This document shows, piece after piece, positions 9,179 to 18,330 of a stretch of 64,000 bases of DNA. Under the pieces are notes generated by a model. It made no database searches. It saw only the letters and a list, made by a program, of their open reading frames with translations, and was not told the DNA's origin. This DNA is from a virus: the IMG/VR virus record IMGVR_UViG_3300028920_000002, positions 64,001 to 128,000 of that record; one strand, given 5' to 3'. The translations under genes and the position numbers were made by a program. Within the stretch, counting starts at the first letter, position 1. Every line of letters begins with the position of its first letter.

Positions 9179-9351
9179 CCGATAAGAAGGAGAAACGTGC
9201 TCCTCTGGAGCGCTGCGTCATGTGCCTACACTACCGCTCGAGTCCTCAGGGCGTCGTTTGTCATAAGCGGAAGGATGGGCCACTCGACAATGGGATGGGA
9301 TGGTGTCCAGAGTTCACTGACATCGTTCACAGCGGGAAGAAAGAGAAGTGA
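9175..9351 (+). CDS. small Cys-containing protein (58 aa, not in ORF track)
   Basis: MTDKKEKRAPLERCVMCLHY..CHKR..WCPEF; GTGA overlaps at both ends. Confidence 0.6.
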   Translation: MTDKKEKRAPLERCVMCLHYRSSPQGVVCHKRKDGPLDNGMGWCPEFTDIVHSGKKEK

Positions 9352-9542
9352 GCGACAAGAGCCAGGCAAGAGCTGTGCAGCGAGTCAGCGGTTGGCCCTA
9401 CCAGAAGTGTCTGCAGTGGGTTCGTGCGGGTAAGACCGTCATCATGAAGTGGAGCATCTACCACGCCATCACCAACAGCGAGGCTGCAGTCAAGCTCTGG
9501 AAGGAGACGGAGGGTGTCAAGACGACTAAGCTTTCAAACTGA
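9348..9542 (+). CDS. hypothetical protein
   Basis: 64-aa ORF. Confidence 0.55.
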   Translation: MSDKSQARAVQRVSGWPYQKCLQWVRAGKTVIMKWSIYHAITNSEAAVKLWKETEGVKTTKLSN

Positions 9543-9753
9543 CATCACTCTTGTTCTTCACCGTTGCTGGAAGTGTGGCAACTGGTGGGGTGTGGAAGAA
9601 AGGGTGAGTACCTCATCCACACTGTGCCCCTGCTGTACACATGCGGAGAACGAGAGTCTGCGAGGTACGGTGACTCAACTGGGAGCCACCATCAGCGCGC
9701 TCAAAGGAGCGCTCACCAAGGCTAAGAAGCGGTGGCAGAAGAAGGGGAAGTAG
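9514..9753 (+). CDS. Zn-ribbon/coiled-coil protein
   Basis: CWKC, CPCC then coiled tail. Confidence 0.55.
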   Translation: MSRRLSFQTDITLVLHRCWKCGNWWGVEERVSTSSTLCPCCTHAENESLRGTVTQLGATISALKGALTKAKKRWQKKGK

Positions 9754-9902
9754 AGAAGGCTCGGGCGATGCAGCATCGGGCGGAGGCGTGGCGCTCTCGC
9801 GCCGGCGCCTTCGCTAGCTTTGCTCTCGGCCTTCTCTACTTGGCGGGGGCCTGGTTCGTCTGGAAGATTGGTTGGATTCTGTATGGAGCATTGAAACCAT
9901 GA
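9732..9902 (+). CDS. small membrane protein (56 aa, not in ORF track)
   Basis: AFASFALGLLYLAGAWFVWKIGWILY hydrophobic stretch; fills gap and overlaps next ATG. Confidence 0.5.
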   Translation: MAEEGEVEKARAMQHRAEAWRSRAGAFASFALGLLYLAGAWFVWKIGWILYGALKP

Positions 9903-10117
9903 AGAAATACGCGGTGGCCTACACCTACATCGCTGACAACGACCTAGAAATTGAGTTCGTGGAAGCCGAGTCGTGTCGAGACGCCATCATCCAGGTAATC
10001 CGTAAGCAGGACTGGCCCGAAGACCAGTGCCAGCAGTTGCCCGAGGACCTTGAGGCAATCAAGGAATGGATGTTCAACGGAGACAGCCTAGTCGACGTGA
10101 AGGAGCTACCACAATGA
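9899..10117 (+). CDS. hypothetical protein
   Basis: MKKYAVAY.. with VEAES motif. Confidence 0.6.
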   Translation: MKKYAVAYTYIADNDLEIEFVEAESCRDAIIQVIRKQDWPEDQCQQLPEDLEAIKEWMFNGDSLVDVKELPQ

Positions 10118-10860
10118 TTGTAGGAATCAGCGGGCTGTCCGGTAGCGGCAAGAGCGCTGCCGGCGACGTCCTGGTGAAGAACCATGGCTTCGTGGCCGTG
10201 GCATTCGCTGACGTCATGAAGCGCATCTGCATTGAGGTCTTCGACTTCACGCCCGAGCAGGTGTGGGGAGACGGGAAGAATGAACCTGACGCCAGGTACC
10301 CCATACTTTGCCGCAACTGTGGTTGTACTGGGCGTTCGGTAGTCAGTCCCATTCACTTCGGTCATTGCTGCAGCAAAGAGTGCGCCTACGAGTTTGATGA
10401 CAGGGACGGCATCGGTCAGGTTCTAGGAGAGTGTGGAGGCGGTGAAGGTGATGAGCAGTACCTCACTCCGCGTAAGGCTCTTCAGAAGCTCGGGTCGTGG
10501 GGTAGAGACTGCTACTCCGACGTCTGGGCTGAGGCAGCTTTGCGGGATGCCAAGCTCATCTTGGACAAGCACAAGGATTACAACCGAGAGGTGGGTCCGC
10601 TGCTCGGGTGCGACCGTGACTACGAGGGCGTCGTCATCACCGATGTCCGCTTCAAGAACGAGATGAAGGCGGTGAAGGATGCCGGTGGGAAGCTCGTTCG
10701 CATAGTCCGGCCAGGCTACGAGAAGCCACAGTGGGACCACCCCAGTGAGACCGAGCAGCTCGAGGTGCCGGATGAGGAGTTCGACTACATCCTGGAGAAC
10801 GTAGGGGACTTGAAGGTCCTAGAGTTGTACACCGACCGGATGATGGAGGCACTTCGGTGA
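10114..10860 (+). CDS. deoxynucleoside monophosphate kinase with Cys-rich insertion
   Basis: MIVGISGLSGSGKS P-loop, AFAD.MK, TPRKALQKLG, VVITDVRFKNE, HPSETE. Confidence 0.9.
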   Translation: MIVGISGLSGSGKSAAGDVLVKNHGFVAVAFADVMKRICIEVFDFTPEQVWGDGKNEPDARYPILCRNCGCTGRSVVSPIHFGHCCSKECAYEFDDRDGIGQVLGECGGGEGDEQYLTPRKALQKLGSWGRDCYSDVWAEAALRDAKLILDKHKDYNREVGPLLGCDRDYEGVVITDVRFKNEMKAVKDAGGKLVRIVRPGYEKPQWDHPSETEQLEVPDEEFDYILENVGDLKVLELYTDRMMEALR

Positions 10861-11192
10861 CTGGTAAGAAGGTCTGGTGGGTGTACATGATTCAGTCCCG
10901 CAGGCCGACGTGTACGGGAGTCGAATATGGGCGGAAGCCGGACGGGGTCATCTACATCGGAGTCACCACGAATATCGAGCGGCGTATCAAGCAGCACAAC
11001 GAGGGCAAGGGGGCGAGGTACACACGGGGGCGCGGTCCGTGGACCACCCTGGCTTGCCACTCCTACAACAGTCGCAGCGACGCGTTGAAGGTAGAGGCTC
11101 GGTTGAAGAAGCTCAGCCACGCGCAGAAGTACGATGTGTCCGCTTTGCCTGACCCCAGGCATCCACAAGACCCCAACCCCTGGGTTCCGTAG
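10857..11192 (+). CDS. GIY-YIG nuclease (UPF0213/SLX1-like)
   Basis: WVYMI..IYIGVTTNIERRIKQHNEGKGARYTRGRGPW. Confidence 0.9.
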   Translation: MTGKKVWWVYMIQSRRPTCTGVEYGRKPDGVIYIGVTTNIERRIKQHNEGKGARYTRGRGPWTTLACHSYNSRSDALKVEARLKKLSHAQKYDVSALPDPRHPQDPNPWVP

Positions 11193-11194
11193 CG

Positions 11195-11203
11195 TGATAG
11201 TAT
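11195..11203 (+). promoter_or_regulatory. extended -10 (class-2, leaderless)
   Basis: TG-A-TAGTAT 6 nt before ATG 11210, no SD. Confidence 0.5.
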
Positions 11204-11209
11204 CCCAGC

Positions 11210-11611
11210 ATGGCTCAACCTCTCGAGTTCACCCTCAGTCAGCAGGAATACGAGGCTCTTGTAGCCCTAGCGCGTCGTGGCTGTGTTGATAGCGAGGGGA
11301 ACACAGACGTGCAGAAGCTAAGAGACTTGGAGGCGTTCCTACGCCTCATCGAGAAGAACAATGGTGTCACTCGGGATGCAGTGTGGGTTCAGTGGCAGGA
11401 GCTAGACGCTCCGCTGCCGGCCGGCACCAACTTCCCAGATGAGTGGCCGGTGAACATGCGCGCCTATGTGGAGTACGTAACTCGAGCCGTCAACCAGAGC
11501 GACGTCGAGGCGGTACTCGAAGCTCAGGCCAAGAATCCCACGAGCGTCCTGGTCACTAGAGACCCGGGCGCCCGAGTGGGCTGGACTCCCATTGACGACT
11601 TCTTCAGATAG
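11210..11611 (+). CDS. hypothetical protein
   Basis: 133-aa ORF. Confidence 0.7.
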   Translation: MAQPLEFTLSQQEYEALVALARRGCVDSEGNTDVQKLRDLEAFLRLIEKNNGVTRDAVWVQWQELDAPLPAGTNFPDEWPVNMRAYVEYVTRAVNQSDVEAVLEAQAKNPTSVLVTRDPGARVGWTPIDDFFR

Positions 11612-11612
11612 G

Positions 11613-11873
11613 GTGGACCTCCGTACCGTTCATGTGCGCACACACATGAATGCGGAGTATGTCTTCCCGGACATGGACATCGCAGAGCTCAAGAAGGCCC
11701 TGCCCGAGAGTGGACGCATCACCACGTCAAATCCGACGCTGGCGCTCATCAACGCAAGCTTCGCGGTGATTTCAATTCCATTTCGCATTGTCTCCACCAT
11801 CGAAGCGGAGGATGATGCGGCGGAGATGGAGCTGCTATGGGCCTGCCCTGCGTCAACTGCAAGCGAGACATAG
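11613..11873 (+). CDS. hypothetical protein
   Basis: GTG start 1 nt after previous stop. Confidence 0.55.
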   Translation: MDLRTVHVRTHMNAEYVFPDMDIAELKKALPESGRITTSNPTLALINASFAVISIPFRIVSTIEAEDDAAEMELLWACPASTASET

Positions 11874-12244
11874 CGGAGAACGAGGCTGAGTTCTTCGCGG
11901 GCATCTTGGTCTGCAAGGACTGCAACCGAGTCGCCACGCACCTGTGCGAGCGTGCACACAAGGAGCTCAAGTGGCTGCTGCTGATGCACCAAGAGCTCAT
12001 CCGCAACGCCATCGTTCAAGGGAAGCTTCAGCTGCAAGTACAACAGGGGCTGGAAGAGGTCTCGAGGGACGAGCTTCTGGAGGCCCTTGCTAAGATGGCC
12101 AGACAAGCCAGGGAAGAGCAGGAACGTGAATGTCCACTCCCACTACCTACAACGAGAAGGACGGTCTCGAAGGAGAGTACGACGTCCAATGCTCGCACCC
12201 TGGATGCGGATGGGAAGCCAAGCTCCGACTCGAACTCGGAGTAG
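11837..12244 (+). CDS. Zn-finger hypothetical protein
   Basis: CVNC and CKDC pairs. Confidence 0.6.
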   Translation: MGLPCVNCKRDIAENEAEFFAGILVCKDCNRVATHLCERAHKELKWLLLMHQELIRNAIVQGKLQLQVQQGLEEVSRDELLEALAKMARQAREEQERECPLPLPTTRRTVSKESTTSNARTLDADGKPSSDSNSE

Positions 12245-12399
12245 GGCTAAAGGTTGGGGACTCGGTCTACCGGGACCCCTCGAATGAGATGGTAGGAAAG
12301 TGCCGGAAGTGTCTTCGCTACAGCCTGGTGGTGAAGACTGCACCAACTCAGCACGTGACAACGTCCCCCAACGGTTTCTGGAAGGTGCCGACGGAGTAG
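12130..12399 (+). CDS. Zn-ribbon hypothetical protein
   Basis: CSHPGC and CRKC pairs. Confidence 0.55.
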   Translation: MSTPTTYNEKDGLEGEYDVQCSHPGCGWEAKLRLELGVGLKVGDSVYRDPSNEMVGKCRKCLRYSLVVKTAPTQHVTTSPNGFWKVPTE

Positions 12400-12725
12400 T
12401 CCGTCTGTACTACTCAGACAAGGTGGTGGGCACTGCCGAGGGCGTGCGGTCTTCACTACAACAACACACGAAACAATCGAGAGTGCGTTGGCGCCGATGG
12501 GACATCGAGCGCCTTCGCTTCGAGCACGGCTCGTCGATGCTGCGCATCCAGGGTGCGTCCCTGCAGCAGCTCATCGGCGACCGCTACATCGTCTTGCGGG
12601 GTGAGCTCACCCCCTTCTACGACCCGTGCCCAGCGGCCAAGAACCTCGTTCTCGCCGAGGTTCTTTCGATGCCCAAGGGCATGACTCACAAGGAGCTGTT
12701 CTTCCTGCTCCGACCGCGCGCTTGA
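12300..12725 (+). CDS. hypothetical protein (start uncertain)
   Basis: ORF followed by hairpin-CTAGC terminator. Confidence 0.55.
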   Translation: MPEVSSLQPGGEDCTNSARDNVPQRFLEGADGVVRLYYSDKVVGTAEGVRSSLQQHTKQSRVRWRRWDIERLRFEHGSSMLRIQGASLQQLIGDRYIVLRGELTPFYDPCPAAKNLVLAEVLSMPKGMTHKELFFLLRPRA

Positions 12726-12744
12726 CGGCCGCGGTTTTCCTAGC
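12713..12744 (+). terminator. hairpin + TTTCCTAGC
   Basis: ACCGCG/CGCGGT stem then TTTCCTAGC. Confidence 0.55.
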
Positions 12745-12785
12745 TATCAGTTTGGGGTGTACAATGTACACCCGCCAGGAGGCGT

Positions 12786-14150
12786 ATGGCTGACCAGAAA
12801 CCCACGACCCCGTTCTCCCCGCCGCTGCAGGACGTGGCACCGCGGGTAGGACTCACCCCGGCGCAGGCGGCTCAGCTGGCGGCCCAGCAGGCCGCTGTAG
12901 GGCAGGAGGCGTTCATCGACCCCAACATCACGGACCCCGCCGCGCTGGCCTACGCGGCCGGCGCAGCGGCCCGTAGGAGCGCCAAGGGCGCGCTGCCCAA
13001 GTACCAGACCCCGGTGGCCGACGGCCCCGGCCCCGCCATCCCTCCGCTCGAGCAGCCGCACCAGGAGGGCATGACGATGGAGCAGCAGGCGGCGATGTAC
13101 CGGCAGCACAACACCGCCCAACAGGCTGCCCAATTGGCCGGCCAGCCAAGAGGAGCAGGCTCCATCATCGAGTCCGGCGGGGCAGGTGTGGGGAGCATGG
13201 CGGCGGGCGCGCCGAAGCTGACCATGCCCACGCCCGCCCAGATAGGCATCCAGCCGGGCGACATGCTCCCGCCCGAGGCTCAGCAGGACCCGAACTTCCG
13301 CAAGGGTCAGGGGGCTCTGGTGGCCGCCAGTCAGCCAGACATGGCGTTGAAGTACGGGGTGGTACGCAACGGCATGCGCATCCCTCCCCAGGCCCTGCAG
13401 GCCAACGTAGGCCAGTACGGCGGCCCGTCGAGCGGTAATCGGCAGCTGAGCCAAGACAGCGTTCGAGACCTGCAAGCGTTGCAGGGACTGCAGGCTGCCC
13501 AGCAGACGCGCCCGGAGGGCATGCCGCGGGATGAGAAGGAGGCCGAGGAGCAAGCCGCCAAGAGCTCGGCAGCGGCCTCGGCGCACGCGGGGACACCGCC
13601 GAAGCCCGGCGAGGCTACCGACAAGGAGGTCGCTGCGGCCATCAGGGAGATGGACGACTTCGACTTCGACCAGCTGCGCCGCCAGCTGCAGGAAGATGCC
13701 ATCCGCAACCCGGAGCAGAAGCGCATCATCGAAGGGCGCCTCGAGCCTCTCGACATCGATGAAATCATCATGAAGGACCGGGTGAAGCAGAAGGTCCCCA
13801 TCATCCCGGGCCGGCTCGTCTACACCTTCCTCAGCATGACCGGTGATGACGACCTCGCACTCAAGCGCTTGCTGATGAAGGAAAGCAAGAGCGTCGAGGT
13901 GACCGACCAATACCTGCTGGAGAAGTTCTCCTTCATGGCAGTGGCCTGTGGGCTCTACGCCATCAACAACAACGTTCTCCCCTCGCACCTTGGAGACGAC
14001 GGCGAGTTCGACGACAAGAAGTTCTGGGAGAAGTTCCGTTGGGTGCTCAAGCGTCCTCTGCACATGCTGGGTAGCATCGGTGCCAACCACAGCTGGTTCG
14101 AGACCCGTGTGCGCAAGCTGTTCACGGCGGAGAAAGTGGGAAATGGTTGA
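12786..14150 (+). CDS. putative tail assembly chaperone (long P/Q/A-rich N-terminus)
   Basis: GGAGG SD; C-terminal globular domain; ends at in-frame slippery G GGA AAT. Confidence 0.5.
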   Translation: MADQKPTTPFSPPLQDVAPRVGLTPAQAAQLAAQQAAVGQEAFIDPNITDPAALAYAAGAAARRSAKGALPKYQTPVADGPGPAIPPLEQPHQEGMTMEQQAAMYRQHNTAQQAAQLAGQPRGAGSIIESGGAGVGSMAAGAPKLTMPTPAQIGIQPGDMLPPEAQQDPNFRKGQGALVAASQPDMALKYGVVRNGMRIPPQALQANVGQYGGPSSGNRQLSQDSVRDLQALQGLQAAQQTRPEGMPRDEKEAEEQAAKSSAAASAHAGTPPKPGEATDKEVAAAIREMDDFDFDQLRRQLQEDAIRNPEQKRIIEGRLEPLDIDEIIMKDRVKQKVPIIPGRLVYTFLSMTGDDDLALKRLLMKESKSVEVTDQYLLEKFSFMAVACGLYAINNNVLPSHLGDDGEFDDKKFWEKFRWVLKRPLHMLGSIGANHSWFETRVRKLFTAEKVGNG

Positions 14151-14167
14151 CCACTCCCGAAGGGTGG
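14138..14167 (+). other. putative -1 programmed frameshift site
   Basis: X XXY YYZ heptamer GGGAAAT (14138-14144) in correct phase; -1 frame is that of 14147..14572; small hairpin from 14151. Confidence 0.55.
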
Positions 14168-14572
14168 GCTCGAGCGAATCTTCTGCTCAAGTCCATGCAA
14201 GCGCCACCCCCAAAGGGGTCGCTTCGGGAGTGGGTACTCATCCTGCTGGTCGGCAAGCTCGAGGACATCGAGCACGCCAGATTCAGGGCGCTTGCTCAGC
14301 TCATCATCGACAAGGAAACCGGCGTCAAGGCGTTCGAGGAGTACATGGACATCGCCTTCCCGAGCCTGGCCGCACGCAAGAAGAAGCAGCATGAGGAAGT
14401 GCTCGAGATTCTGCACAAGGAGGTTGGCAAGACTGCGCTGAAGGTTACACCACTGGCCACACCCAAGATGCGAAGCCGCATGCAGCAGCAGCGGGTCACA
14501 GCACAACGGGCTGACGAGCAAACGCAGCGCAAGTACAGCAAAGCCAGCGTCTCACCATGGAAGCGAATGTAA
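14147..14572 (+). CDS. hypothetical protein / frameshift extension of 12786 gene
   Basis: TTG start only, in -1 frame of upstream gene. Confidence 0.6.
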   Translation: MTTPEGWARANLLLKSMQAPPPKGSLREWVLILLVGKLEDIEHARFRALAQLIIDKETGVKAFEEYMDIAFPSLAARKKKQHEEVLEILHKEVGKTALKVTPLATPKMRSRMQQQRVTAQRADEQTQRKYSKASVSPWKRM

Positions 14573-14958
14573 AGACCGTCTACTTCTGCCCAGAGTGCGG
14601 CAGCGCCTCCCTGGACCTGTCCGAAATCATCGGTGGTCTGTCCCGCTGCAAAGCGTGTGCGTGGGAGGGGCACAACAGCCAGCTCGTAGCTACGCCCATC
14701 CCAGCCGAGCTCGAGGGCGACGAGCGCACCTTCATGGAGATGATTGCCGACCTCAGAAAGCTGCTGGGCTACAACGCCAAGGAGTATGGGTCATTCCTGG
14801 TCAAGTACGGCTTCGCGGAGTTGAAGCAGAGCAGGAAGGGAGTTGTGCTCAACCCCAAGCAGATGGCTCGCTACATGTCTGCCATCGGTCGGGCCATGCT
14901 CCTATCGCTCATCGAGGAGCGCTCGGCGATGGAGAAGGAGAGACACAGTGCCAGTTAG
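14557..14958 (+). CDS. Zn-ribbon protein
   Basis: CPECG..CKACAW. Confidence 0.65.
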   Translation: MEANVKTVYFCPECGSASLDLSEIIGGLSRCKACAWEGHNSQLVATPIPAELEGDERTFMEMIADLRKLLGYNAKEYGSFLVKYGFAELKQSRKGVVLNPKQMARYMSAIGRAMLLSLIEERSAMEKERHSAS

Positions 14959-15328
14959 CGAACTACCTCCGTCAGGCGATGAGATTCTCTTTCACCCAGA
15001 TGTGGTGGATGAGCCCGAGGAAGAGTCGGAAGTAGGGGTCAATCAGCTGTATTGCTTCTTGGATGAGACCAGGCTGTGCAACGCGGCTTGTGTGGCCTGG
15101 AAGACTCACCCAAAAGAGAGCCAGCGCAGCGAGCTCTCCGAGTTTCAGACGCATTGCGTCCTGCTCCACAACGTGGAGCGGCTGGGGCGAAACGTGACCA
15201 TCGCCGCCTCTGCTCTATCCAGTAGCGTGACCCGAGAGAAGACCCGAGAGGCGGATGAACGACGCAAAGCTCAGTTCAATCCAACGTCTCAGACACCAAC
15301 GTCTCCATTTCCGGGGGGCAAGCCATGA
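14948..15328 (+). CDS. hypothetical protein
   Basis: GTG after GGAG; CF..R.CNAACVAW motif. Confidence 0.6.
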   Translation: MPVSELPPSGDEILFHPDVVDEPEEESEVGVNQLYCFLDETRLCNAACVAWKTHPKESQRSELSEFQTHCVLLHNVERLGRNVTIAASALSSSVTREKTREADERRKAQFNPTSQTPTSPFPGGKP

Positions 15329-16011
15329 TTCAAGCCAACATCATCGCCGTCGACCAGAGTCTGGAGCTCGCTTCGGGTCTCACCAAGAACTTCCTCGTGC
15401 TGCAGCTTGCCAACGGAGCCTTCGTTCGCGCGGAGGTCGATGAACAAGCTACGAGGGCGGTGCTCCAGCAAGTCGTGGGCGACGACGAGGAGTTGGGAGA
15501 GGTCACTCCTGCAGCCGCTGGTGCGAAGACCGTGGACATCTCTCCGCCTCCCACGCCGCCGGCGGGCATCAATGTTACGGCGGCGCCTGAGCAGCTGGTG
15601 TCGTGGGATGAACTTCCCGAGGATGTGCTCAGCGAGCACATGAAGCGGGCGCTCGAGATGCTCAATGCCCCGGCAGAGATGCCCTTCGAGCAGCTCAGCG
15701 GTCTGGTGAAGCAGATTCAGGACAGCTTCACACCGGACGACTGGATTGCTGTGGGTGTGAGCCCTGGTGCCATCGAAGGGCCACGCCCACCTCAGCCTGC
15801 AGCTCCTCAGCCGGCACCGCAGCCGCAGCAACCCGCGGTCGGAGAGATTCAGTGGGCGGATGGCAGTCCCATCGTACCCGGCATGGGGCGGGTAGCACGC
15901 ACGGTGCCCAAAGACGACATGGGCTACCCCATCGTAGGGGGTAGTGATGTCGACCCCGGTGAAGTGGTCGGCGGCCTCGACCAGGACGAAGACGGCATAG
16001 GGCAGATGTGA
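15325..16011 (+). CDS. hypothetical protein
   Basis: 228-aa ORF with Pro/Gln-rich linker. Confidence 0.7.
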   Translation: MIQANIIAVDQSLELASGLTKNFLVLQLANGAFVRAEVDEQATRAVLQQVVGDDEELGEVTPAAAGAKTVDISPPPTPPAGINVTAAPEQLVSWDELPEDVLSEHMKRALEMLNAPAEMPFEQLSGLVKQIQDSFTPDDWIAVGVSPGAIEGPRPPQPAAPQPAPQPQQPAVGEIQWADGSPIVPGMGRVARTVPKDDMGYPIVGGSDVDPGEVVGGLDQDEDGIGQM

Positions 16012-16469
16012 TTTTCATCAGCTGTACAGAGTGCGGCTTCACTGTTCGTGTCTTCGGCAGCGACGACGCGGAGATGGAGAACTTGGTCGGTCCTGGCAGC
16101 GACTGGTACCCGGACAAGTTCCCCTGCCCCAAGTGCGAAGGCTCGGCGGCCATCACCTCTATCGAGGGCAAGATGCTCCCCAACCTGAAGGTCATTGACC
16201 TCAACCCGCAGGAGGCATTCGTGGCCTTCTCGGGTGGAGGTCTACCGCCAGAGTGGGATTGTACGGTCACCTCTGTGCAGAACGTCTTGGTCAACTCGAC
16301 TATCGAGTCGGTGAGCCTGCGCCCCATCGCCGGCACTAAGCGTTGTTGTTTGGACTCCATCACGCTTCGGGGAGGGATGCGCGTCTACCTGGCCTCGAGC
16401 GTACACGGCGCGGCGGTCTACCGGATTGCTGGTCCGCACAGCTACACCAAGGAGGCGGTCGGTGAGTGA
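16008..16469 (+). CDS. Zn-ribbon protein
   Basis: CTECG and CPKC pairs. Confidence 0.65.
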   Translation: MIFISCTECGFTVRVFGSDDAEMENLVGPGSDWYPDKFPCPKCEGSAAITSIEGKMLPNLKVIDLNPQEAFVAFSGGGLPPEWDCTVTSVQNVLVNSTIESVSLRPIAGTKRCCLDSITLRGGMRVYLASSVHGAAVYRIAGPHSYTKEAVGE

Positions 16470-17277
16470 GACCATCACCATGCGCTACCGACGGGGGCAT
16501 GCGCTCGTGGACAACATCCACTTGTTCACTGGGACCATCCAAGTCACCAGTGATAATCCTATGGACCCGGAGACCGATAATCCGTTCGTAGGACTGAAGT
16601 TCTCACAGATGATGTCTCGGTTGGCACGCGTACTACGAGACCTACCGGACGCTCGAGTGGTGCTGCAGCGCACGGACAATCCGGGACTGCGCGCTGTTCA
16701 GTTGGGTGAGGAGACGCGCGTGCTACTTCGGGACGACCCCGCTGCCGCCATCCGCGCGATGACTCCTCAGGTAGGGCAGCCTGTCCAGCCAGAGGAATCT
16801 GACTTCACCCAGCGCTTCATGGTGGGGCGTACGCGCTGTCTGCGCTCCGGCCATGAGACGTTGGCGGACGCGTTTGGTGAGGAGCTCTACCTCACCATGA
16901 AGTCTGGGCTCATCCAAGACCCGGAGAGTGGACACTGGCTCTCCCTGGGGTTTCATATGAAGAGCGGCAGCTTCAGCATCCGCAAGGATGGGTCGAACAA
17001 GTCGTCGGAGTGGCTGCCCATCGAGCTGGTGGGTGGCCCCCAAGGCGGTTTTGATAGCCCTGAGTTTGCCACCGGTCTGGCTCAGGTGCGATGGGCCAAG
17101 GTCAAGACGGCAGTGCTACTCAAGCGCAGCTGCAAGAAGTTCTACCTCCCACGAGAGTGGAACACGTCGGACAAGCGACCGTGGATTCCGCATGAGGAGC
17201 TACGGCAGAAGTACCAGGACTACCTGGAGCAGAAGGAGAAGGTGACATGCCTCAAGGATTCGGAGGACGCCAAGTAG
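16462..17277 (+). CDS. hypothetical protein
   Basis: GTG after GGAGG. Confidence 0.65.
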   Translation: MSETITMRYRRGHALVDNIHLFTGTIQVTSDNPMDPETDNPFVGLKFSQMMSRLARVLRDLPDARVVLQRTDNPGLRAVQLGEETRVLLRDDPAAAIRAMTPQVGQPVQPEESDFTQRFMVGRTRCLRSGHETLADAFGEELYLTMKSGLIQDPESGHWLSLGFHMKSGSFSIRKDGSNKSSEWLPIELVGGPQGGFDSPEFATGLAQVRWAKVKTAVLLKRSCKKFYLPREWNTSDKRPWIPHEELRQKYQDYLEQKEKVTCLKDSEDAK

Positions 17278-17636
17278 GAGTACAGGTTCCCGTCGACCAG
17301 AAGGTCGAGCCGGAGTTCGGCGCGCCCAACAAGGTCATCGACGTCATCCCCTTGGATAACGTGGCGGTGCGCTACACCGATGGTACTGGCCGTGTACACC
17401 GAGAGGTGTGGATGCTCGGCAAGGACGGCACTGCCTACAAGCACCCTGATGCGGAGCAGTGGTCCGGCCAGCTGCGCACCATCAAGGGTGTTCTCCTCGA
17501 GCAGCTGGTGAACAAGGTGAAGACGGTCGCTGCACCCGATGCCGACATCCCAGAGGAGGATGCAGTCGACGTGGTCAGCGCCGAGGTGGCCGAGGAAGCT
17601 CCGGCAGAGGGTCCCAAGCAGGAAGTCCAGGTGTGA
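17247..17636 (+). CDS. hypothetical protein
   Basis: 129-aa ORF, acidic tail. Confidence 0.65.
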   Translation: MPQGFGGRQVGVQVPVDQKVEPEFGAPNKVIDVIPLDNVAVRYTDGTGRVHREVWMLGKDGTAYKHPDAEQWSGQLRTIKGVLLEQLVNKVKTVAAPDADIPEEDAVDVVSAEVAEEAPAEGPKQEVQV

Positions 17637-17965
17637 ACTTCCGCCCACTAGGTGACCGGTTGCTCGTCAAACTCGAGCCCGAGAAGAAGCCGAGCGGCCT
17701 CATCGTACAGCTGGGGCCGCAGCCGGTGCGCACTGCCAAAGTCGTGCGCGTTGGGCCTGGCAAGAGCTGGGCTCCTCCCACAGGAGGCAAGATGGTTTTC
17801 TGGGAGACGCAGGTGAAGCCAGGAGAGCGCGTTGCCTTCTTCAAGGCCGCCGTGGATACCGCCCAGGGCCAAGCCGTCACAGACATCCTGGGTGAGGACT
17901 ACGCGCTCATCAGTGAGACGGATGTGCTGTTCATCGTGGAGGACGAGGTGGAGGTGTCGGTATGA
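17633..17965 (+). CDS. groES: GroES-like co-chaperonin
   Basis: FRPLGDRLLVK..SGLIV..AKVVRVGPG..VKPGERV..LISETDVLFIV. Confidence 0.88.
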   Translation: MNFRPLGDRLLVKLEPEKKPSGLIVQLGPQPVRTAKVVRVGPGKSWAPPTGGKMVFWETQVKPGERVAFFKAAVDTAQGQAVTDILGEDYALISETDVLFIVEDEVEVSV

Positions 17966-18330
17966 CGATGAAGGAATGCCAACCGCCGGATTTGAAGGAT
18001 TGCTTCCCCGGCCGGGAGCCAGGTGACATCTTCACGGAGGGTCGGGTCCATGAGCCGCAGGACGCGCCAGTAGTCGAGAGCGCCATCCGCCTGGCGGCCG
18101 GGGATGAAATCGCAGCCCGCTTCCTGTCCGCGGCCAAGGACCGGCGGGTCACGCCCGCCAAGCTGCTGCAGATAGCGCTGCAGGACTTCCTGACGGAGGA
18201 GCTAGCGCGCCCGGGTAGCGAGCGGGACGAGGAGGTCAACGCCTGCCCCGAAGAGGGGCAGCCCATGGTGGTGGAAGCCGAGCTGGCTTCCTACAAGCGC
18301 GCCCGCCAGAAGGAGGGGAAGTGCGAGTAG
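17962..18330 (+). CDS. hypothetical protein
   Basis: 122-aa ORF. Confidence 0.6.
   Translation: MTMKECQPPDLKDCFPGREPGDIFTEGRVHEPQDAPVVESAIRLAAGDEIAARFLSAAKDRRVTPAKLLQIALQDFLTEELARPGSERDEEVNACPEEGQPMVVEAELASYKRARQKEGKCE

Noticed and set aside
12722-12765. sigma70 promoter TTGACG..TACAAT
   Set aside because: Spacing is about 32 nt; TTGACG lies in the terminator loop at the end of the upstream gene.
12747-14090. Long antisense ORFs (also 15289..15831, 36438..37208, 49337..50221, 61394..62011 and others)
   Set aside because: Shadow ORFs opposite well-supported genes, expected at high GC; no SD or recognisable motifs.
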